From Eledone cirrhosa (taxonomy: Eukaryota), in NCBI GenBank assembly GCA_964016885.1, contig OZ024747.1, positions 682,001 to 746,000 of the forward strand: a DNA stretch of 64,000 nt. The letters run 5' to 3'. How positions within the stretch are numbered: the first letter of the stretch is position 1; every line of letters begins with the position of its first letter. Of this stretch, positions 56,350-64,000 are shown piece after piece. The notes under the pieces were generated by a model. It was not told the origin of the DNA. It saw only the letters and a program-made list of their open reading frames with translations, and did no database searches. Position numbers and translations under genes: made by a program.

Positions 56350-56670
56350 TAATTCCTGAGTTGTAGGGGCACCGTATTGACATACGATGTGTCCTGGGCA
56401 TTTTTTAAACCTGACAGAGCCCATCTCCTCTTCAGATCTGAACACAGCAGATTTCTTCCAGAGAAGGAAGGAGAGAGAATGAAAGAAAGGAAGTGAGAAA
56501 GAGATATAGAGGAAGAATCGACCCCAGTACTAGACTGGAACTTTTTTATTGACCTCGAATGGATGAAAGGTAAAGTTGACTTCGGTGGGATTTGAACTCA
56601 GAGAACAGAAAGCCGGAACAAATACCACAAACATTCTATCTGTTGTTCTGATAACTCTGCCCATTGCCTG
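56350..56670 (-). repeat. Composite repeat (unique ~130-bp module, GA-rich tract, SINE body), second copy at ~58485-58700
   Basis: Both copies share GGGGCRCCRTATTGACATACG...GAGCCCATCTCC...TCTGAACACAGCAGATTTCTTCCAGAGAAGGA...GAAGAATCG.CCCAGTAC. Confidence 0.75.
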
Positions 56671-57971
56671 CCTTTTATAGTATATTTAGAACTAGATTAT
56701 TCTGGATACACGTTTCCTTCCTTACATAAGACAATAGGGTGTCCTTTGAAAGAAATTTAGCTGCTATTTCTAGCACGTATAATGACCAAGAAAGCGACAG
56801 TTATATATTGATGTGGGGGATGAAAACGTGATTTCAAATACCAAACGGAATATATGTAACAGGTTTATTATTTGAATTTAAAACATTTAAATTGCAAGAA
56901 GTCCTCAAAGAATAAATATTTCTGTAAAATTCCCAAATCTTTTAGAATGAAAATATATTTAGATTGTGAGAAAATAAGAGTACTATAGTAAATAGTTTCT
57001 CTATTGATATTATTTTCAGTCTAGATAGAGTACCTACTGTACTTCAGCTTTCATTTATTGATTTGACATAATTTGTTATTGACTCGTGTATTCTGTTCTA
57101 GAGCCAGAGTTGTTATTGGAGTTAACAACATTGATTTATCATAGAATAAACAATATTTTGGCTTTCATCATTTCCCCGGGGTTCCTCGTCAAATTCAATA
57201 AACATTCGACTGAGAATAGAAACACCTTGAATTAACCGACATTCCAATGACTTTTGGTATTGTGGAGACAAAGAGTGGGGTGAGAGATTCAGATAAAATA
57301 TTTTGTGGTATTTAGTTACAACCCTTTACATTCTGAGTTCAAATCACGCTGACAGCAATCTCACCTTTAACCCCCCCCCTCTACCGGGACACACACACAA
57401 AGTATTAAAATTCTGAAATTGATGTTTTTAATAGTTTTTTTTTTTTCAATCATAAGCCGTGATTTGAGGGAAATTTCGCCTGCTATTTCTAGCAGGTCGA
57501 ACGATCGTCTTTGGCTCTGAGGCCAAAGTTAGCCCATGAGCCGACCTTTGGTTAAAGGCGGTCAACCTGTCTTATTTGCAGGCATAGTGTATCAAGGATT
57601 ACACTATCTAATGTTCTTCTCCAGTTTTTGTAAAGGCAAAAAGGATGTGATTTGATGGGGGGTATATAGTTATTTCTAGTATGAAGTTCGGCTGAAAACC
57701 GAAAGAGCAACTAAATCTCTTCGCTCCCTCTGAAAAATACATTGGATAACGGAAATCTAAAGACGTGGTGGTGGTGTGTTAATTTAGTTTCATATTGAAT
57801 TGACGAATATCAATGTGATATATCGATCAACCAGCAGTGGTATTGAAATTGATGTAGAAATAAGATTGAAATAAATGTACAAAAAATACCACCGAAGACT
57901 TTATATTGTAAAAATACCATTGGTGTTTGGAATGGTGAAAATAAGATTTAACAGGTGTATAATAGTGTCAA

Positions 57972-58151
57972 TAGAGGATCGTAGTACTCAATACCTATCA
58001 GTGGTGTCACTAGGTAGAGGTTTGTAGTACTCAATACCTATCAGTGGTGTCACCAGGTAGAGGTTTGTACTACTCAATACCTATCAGTGGTGTCACCAGG
58101 TAGAGGATCGTAGTACTCAATAATTATCAGTGGTGTCACCAGGTAGAGGAT
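57972..58151. repeat. 43-bp tandem repeat, ~4 copies
   Basis: Units of TAGAGGATCGTAGTACTCAATACCTATCAGTGGTGTCACCAGG. Confidence 0.93.
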
Positions 58152-58745
58152 ATATTTACAGACAATTGGGTTTCCTATAACGTTATCTAACTCTCTGTAA
58201 ACCATTTTTGAAGTTTGTCAATCCAGTGAATGTTGATTCACACACACGCACACACTTTCATAGAAACACACAGACGCACACTACTCGCGCGCGCACACTC
58301 ACACACTCTTTCTCTCTCATACACACACTCACACACTTTAAGGGACCTGGCCATTTGTCAATTGTCAATGCGATGGACTTTTGTCAATTTGTCTATTTTG
58401 TCAATTACATATCCTCATGAGTTTATTTAGCGATGAATAAATAAAAATAACTTCCTCGATTTTATTATTTTATATATTTCCTATAACTCCTGCTGGAGTT
58501 ACAGGGGCGCCATATTGACATACGGTGTTTCTTGGACATTTTAAAACCTGGCGGAGCCCATCTCCAGCTCTGAACACAGCAGATTTCTTCCAGAGAAGGA
58601 GTGAGAGAAAGAGAGAGAGAGAAGAAGAATCGTCCCAGTACACGACTGGTAATTTTTTTATCGACTTCGAAAGGATGAACGGCAAATTTTCTTTGACATT
58701 AATATAACGTATAAATAATATAAAGCTTAAACTGGATTTAAACAG

Positions 58746-58819
58746 TTGCGACCAGTAGATTATATCAGCAATGGAAACATTGTTTATTTGGTCCGAGTTG
58801 ACAAGTTCCACGCCATTTG
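58746..58819 (+). other. Weak candidate exon (AG|...|GTAAGC; ATG at 58771 would give METLFIWSELTSSTPF)
   Basis: Unique sequence bounded by aacAG and G|GTAAGC, but the polypyrimidine tract is poor and I recognise no homology. Confidence 0.2.
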
Positions 58820-59020
58820 GTAAGCGAATGAGATCAATCAATTTCCCATAAAACAAAATGGAAGAATATTTCATAAACTGAAGATCTGTAATGCTTATAT
58901 TTTTAGTTTTAACCTACTAATAACGAAAGATAGCTTAAGACATTTAAACCTACACTGTTGCTAATAGCTAAACCCTTTTTTTCTTGTGATTTAATCGATT
59001 GGAAGCTAGCTAACTATATA

Positions 59021-59071
<51 letters not shown>

Positions 59072-59174
59072 CCCCAAGAGATGTCAACATGAATGGACCT
59101 ATTATTTTTATCTAAAGACATTGTTTCCAATTCCACCCCGCCCGTCCCTTCAATCTGTCTTATTTCTCATTCTT

Positions 59175-59210
59175 TCTTCTGATGAAGGACTAGCGTCCGA
59201 AACGTTAAGA
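59175..59210 (+). ncRNA. Minimal type-I hammerhead ribozyme inside a ~170-bp cassette (59127-59298)
   Basis: UCUU, CUGAUGA, A, GGAC-UAGC-GUCC, GAA-ACGU-U, AAGA: 4-bp stem I, 4-bp stem II, loopless palindromic stem III (AACGUU), GUU triplet. Confidence 0.78.
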
Positions 59211-59304
59211 CCCTCTTCCTGCTATATTAAGCATTAACCTAATATATTCCTTCCATATACTGTACCGATTGTGTTGTTATTTCTGTTTACCTTTTACACA
59301 CACA

Positions 59305-59773
<469 letters not shown>

Positions 59774-60135
59774 GAGAGAGAGAGAGAGAACATTAAGTGA
59801 GCAAAGTTGGTTTCGTATATCAAAGAGATACAATCTTGATGTCTTAAACCCATTTAACATTTTATTATAGATCTATAGATCAAGGCACTATTTGAATGAC
59901 GTGGCGGTGGTGGTGGCATTTTCAATTCTCAATGCACGTTGTCATATATGTATTTAGTGTCCGTGTGGTTTAATGCTTTGGAATGTTTAGCTCACAGTCA
60001 TGTATTGTTATAATACATATTTCTATCACTGTTTCTCTGTGTGCCCAGTTTTCGTGGTTCAACTGGTATTCCAGCCGTCACCAGACTTTCTAGAACATCG
60101 TATTCAGAAGTAAAGTTATCCAGTACTATACCAAT

Positions 60136-60271
60136 CCATTTGTTAAAACGATAGGGTGATCTTTGGTGGAGAATGGCTATTTCTAGCTGATTAAGCGATT
60201 ACACCATTTGTTAAAACGATAGGGTGATCTTTGGTGGAGAATGGCTATTTCTAGCTGATTAAGCGATTACA
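60136..60271. repeat. ~68-bp exact tandem duplication within a dispersed-repeat copy
   Basis: CCATTTGTTAAAACGATAGGGTG...GATTAAGCGATTACA occurs twice. Confidence 0.92.
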
Positions 60272-60691
60272 TAGAGGCTGTTCCTTCCGGTGTCACACAG
60301 TGACATGTTGCTGGAGGTGCAGCTGCCCCTAAAAAATTATCAGAAAGTTCTTAAATTTTCAAAAAATATTGTATACTTTGCTCGTTTATTTTAATTACAC
60401 AAAACATAATAAATTAAGTACAATACAATAATGAATAAAGATGGCATGGTAATGATTGGTGTGTATAAACATTTTATCACAAAATTACGAACGTCTGCAC
60501 CTCCCAAAATGGAGCACTACACTTATGGTGACATATATATATTTGAAAAATGCTGCTTAGTAGGGTCTCTCCTGATTCACTAACCAACATTTTTGGACTG
60601 ACTTTACGTATAGGGTAATTATGGCAGTATGTAATTCTCATAACATAATAACCTGCACATTCTGCATACTTCACTCATGTCATACATACAG

Positions 60692-60758
<67 letters not shown>

Positions 60759-60763
<5 letters not shown>

Positions 60764-60859
60764 AACCAGTAAGACCCCGACAGCTGAGCTCAAGCCGTTT
60801 CTCAGAATTAGCCGTCGAAACGGCTTGAGCTCAGCTGTCGGGGTCTTACTGGTTCCTAT
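60759..60859. repeat. Perfect inverted repeat (43-bp arms, 15-nt spacer) carrying a hammerhead 3' half
   Basis: 60759-60801 is the reverse complement of 60817-60859. The arm begins GAA-ACGGC-TTGAGCTCA-GCTGT-C (stem III plus GUC). Confidence 0.95.
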
Positions 60860-61224
60860 TATCCACTCTACTACCTCAAGTATTGAGTACTTTGGTGCGT
60901 TATGGTCCACCTGGTTCCTTACCACATTTCCTTCGTTATATATATATATATATATATATATAGTAGAATAATCGAGTATCGGAAAATCAGCTCACGAGTT
61001 TACGATAAACAAATCCGACATGAGTGGCAGAGGGCTCAATAATTCAGATAAATCAGAGCTATAACTATCGTTAAAATACCAACACACAAAGATTATGTCT
61101 AAAATCACCCATGCGGCCGAAAAATTACGACCAGGAAGTTTCGGGTCACTCAGATAAAATATCAAAAAATCAATAAATCATATGAATGTAAAAAGCTTAT
61201 ATATACAGAGTATATGTATATATT

Positions 61225-61929
61225 TCATCATCATCATCGTTTAACGTCCCTGTTCCACGCTTGCATGGGTTTGGACGGGAGTTTTCCCACTTGAGGCAAG
61301 AGTGGTTGTCTTGCTCGCATAGGACTGTCTGGCAGGTTTTCTACAGCTGGATGCCCTTCCTAACACCAACCACATTTACAGTGTGGGACTGGGAGGTTTT
61401 TACCGTGTTGCCTACACGGCCACATTACAGCGTGGACTGTGTTTTTTTGTCGTGACACCTACACGATCTCATTTGTTTTGGCCTGGATGTTGTGGCACCA
61501 ACATAACTTTGCATTGAAGGGGGCGGTGTGGATGGGGTGGGGGTGGTGGGACGGGGGTGTATTTTGTTAGAGATGCCTACTGACTGTAGTAGGTTTTACT
61601 TTGTATTTAGGTAAGGCGGGTCTTTTCTGTTACTGAGTACCGCCAAAGGTCTCGGTCCAGTGACATTGTCTTGGAGAGGTGTAAGTGTGTGAGGTCGGAA
61701 TTTATCAGCTCGTCCCAGGTTTTCCTGGGTCTGCCTACTCCGTGGCTACCATCTATCTTTATTGCCCTGCACTTTGTTATACAGCTGTCGTATTTCATGC
61801 GCATCACGTGACCATACCAACGTAGCCTTCTCTCGAGTAAACAACATCTGATCCCTCTTATTTCTAATTTTTTCCTTAGTTCGTTTATGCTTTGCCGTTC
61901 ACGTATATCACTATTACACATCCAGCGGA
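61225..61929 (-). mobile_element. Strongly 5'-truncated RTE LINE, same subfamily as 7304-10730
   Basis: [20 protein letters not shown]...EKTRLT*, 3'UTR and (CAT)n tail. Confidence 0.96.
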
Positions 61930-62137
61930 TGAGAAAAACCACAGACCCTCCATCTCAACTCTACTTTTGAAAATCAGAAGAACTGCGAAACCGGTAAAGG
62001 AACCAAATAAATATATATATATTTTTTTTAAATAAGACTCCAGTTGCATTTTCGATTTCATCTCTTTTTCTTTATACTTTCACTCGTGTAGGACACCTCG
62101 GTTATTTTTCAATTTGTAAAAAAAACCTCACTTTCTA
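61930..62137 (+). mobile_element. Candidate hammerhead cassette with U3-A8 core variant (motif 61964-61999) ending at (TA)n
   Basis: CTT, TTGAAAA, TCAG-AAGAA-CTGC, GAA-ACCGGT-A, AAG. Confidence 0.5.
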
Positions 62138-62161
62138 ATATATATATATATATACATATAC

Positions 62162-62205
<44 letters not shown>

Positions 62206-62206
62206 C

Positions 62207-62250
<44 letters not shown>

Positions 62251-62251
62251 C

Positions 62252-62291
<40 letters not shown>

Positions 62292-62292
62292 C

Positions 62293-62363
<71 letters not shown>

Positions 62364-62370
62364 CATATAC

Positions 62371-62467
<97 letters not shown>

Positions 62468-62483
62468 CTCTGTATATATATAT
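62138..62483. repeat. Compound array [(TA)n CATATACTCTG], 7 units
   Basis: Constant CATATACTCTG motif separated by variable (TA)n. Confidence 0.95.
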
Positions 62484-64000
62484 AACTTTGAATAACTTTG
62501 AAATGTTTTGGCCAGTATTGGCCCAGGCCATGTCTAACTTAATAGCACCACCTGGCGAAGTCTTTCAATTCAGGATTTGGGCACCATGGCCCATTCGAGA
62601 AGAGAATTACTGTTTGCGGAGACATATCCGGGTGTGGGTGGTTTGTCCGGGATTACTTGGAGGAATTTGTCCAAAGACTTCTTGAATTTTGTGTGGTCAG
62701 TTTCTGTTTTGACGTGTCCTGGTGTGATGTTGAAGAGAGCAGGGCCGATTGAGGTGAAATAATTGTGCCGTATTGTTGTTATGAGTTGCGATTTAGATTT
62801 TTGAATGGGACGGATAGCACGGGGCCCAAGCCTTGGGTGTATCTTGAAGGCGATGCCAACATCATTTGGGCAGTGATGATGGAACATTTTCCACATCATG
62901 CAGATAATATAACGCTCACGGCGACGTTGGAGTGAGTAAAGTTTCAGGTTTTCCAATCGACCCCAGTAGTCAAGGTCTGACATGCCATCTATCTTTTTCG
63001 TGATTGCCCTTTGAGGAGCTTCAAGTTTCATGATACTTTGTTTCGTGTGGGGAGACCACAGTGGACAACAGTATTCAAGGTGTGGTCGGGCGAAAGTAGA
63101 GAAGAGAAGGATAATGGTGCGGGAATCTCTCGACTGGAAGGTTCTGAGGATCCAGGAACACATTCTGCGGGCCATGTCAACTTTGCTGCTTATATGCGTG
63201 GTCCAGCTTATGTTGCTGTCCACGGTTACTCCCAAGTCTCTGATGTTGTTAGATGCCACGAGAGTTTCCCCGGAGGGAAGGGAGTACGGGAGTTTCAGAG
63301 CATCCTCTTTTCCAAAGTGGATCAGTTCGAATTTGTCTTCGTTCAGTAACATGTTGTTCTTTTCTGCCCATTGGGTAACAGCCAGTAGGTCTGACTGAAG
63401 GCTTATCCGGTCATCCACGCCATTGATGACCTTTTGGAGCTTGGAATCATCAGCGAAAATTTTAATGTTGCTGTGTTTGATGATGTCAGTGATGTCATTA
63501 ATATAGATGATGAAGAGAAGTGGGCCCAACACAGTGCCTTGTGGGACTCCACTACTGACTTTGGCTGGGCTTGATTTGACTCCCTCAACTACAACATGTT
63601 GGGTTCTGTTTGACAGGAAGCTCTTGATCCACTGCAGCAGCTTTCCAGTGACACCAATATTGGACAGCTTTCTCAGTAGAATGTTATGATCAACCCTGTC
63701 AAAGGCCTTGCTGAAATCAAGGTAGATAACATCAGTGTTGGAACCCTCTCCCAAGGCTCTCAAAATGTCATCAAAGTGATGCAGTAGTTGCGTCAGGCAA
63801 TCCCTTCCATTACGGAATCCATGCTGGTTGGAGTTCAGCATATTGTTACTCTCAAGGAAGTGGGTCATTCGCGATCTCACCACTCGCTCAAATACCTTAA
63901 TGATATGAGAGGTGAGTGAGATTGGACGGTAATTCACGGCAAGGGATTTGTTTCCCTTTTTGAAAACTGGGACAACAGACTGGGATAGAAGGTTTTCTGG
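62484..64000 (-). mobile_element. Second CR1-group LINE family, uninterrupted RT frame running off the window end
   Basis: NYRPISLTS, QHGFR, DFSKAFDRV, PQGTVLGP, FADD and SLQRRRERY; stop at 62570. Short 3'UTR with a (TTCAAAGTTA)2 tail abutting (TA)n. Confidence 0.96.

Noticed and set aside
58470-58874. 134-aa minus-strand ORF
   Set aside because: Its C-terminal half runs through a SINE-containing composite repeat and I recognise no homology.

Overview
AT-rich eukaryotic genomic DNA, most likely from a coleoid cephalopod (Octopus-like; inferred from the repeat families, not proven). The only host coding sequence I can support is the last two coding exons of a YLPM1/ZAP3 orthologue (11706-11827 and 14639-14785, +), which carry the PP1-binding KKRVRWAD motif. 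The rest is repeats: five RTE-clade LINE copies (four with a C4HC3 PHD finger inside the RT) plus two relics, two CR1-group LINEs, tRNA-derived SINEs, hAT- and Tc1/mariner-type MITEs, minisatellites, a 468-bp pure (CACG)n tract and a ~17.7-kb (TA)n/(TATG) array with a 200-N gap. The most interesting signal is a dense set of short non-coding cassettes next to microsatellites that carry minimal type-I hammerhead ribozyme motifs. Near-complete ones lie at 22538-22608, 54171-54231 and 59175-59210, and two others have the compensatory U3-A8 core. Three cassettes are folded into long palindromes, an architecture resembling Penelope-like element pLTRs or retrozymes. A second notable signal is an HIV-type U_UUU_UUA slippery site linking ORF1 to an ATG-less ORF2 in a CR1-group LINE. 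All structures were assigned by eye; no database search or folding was run.
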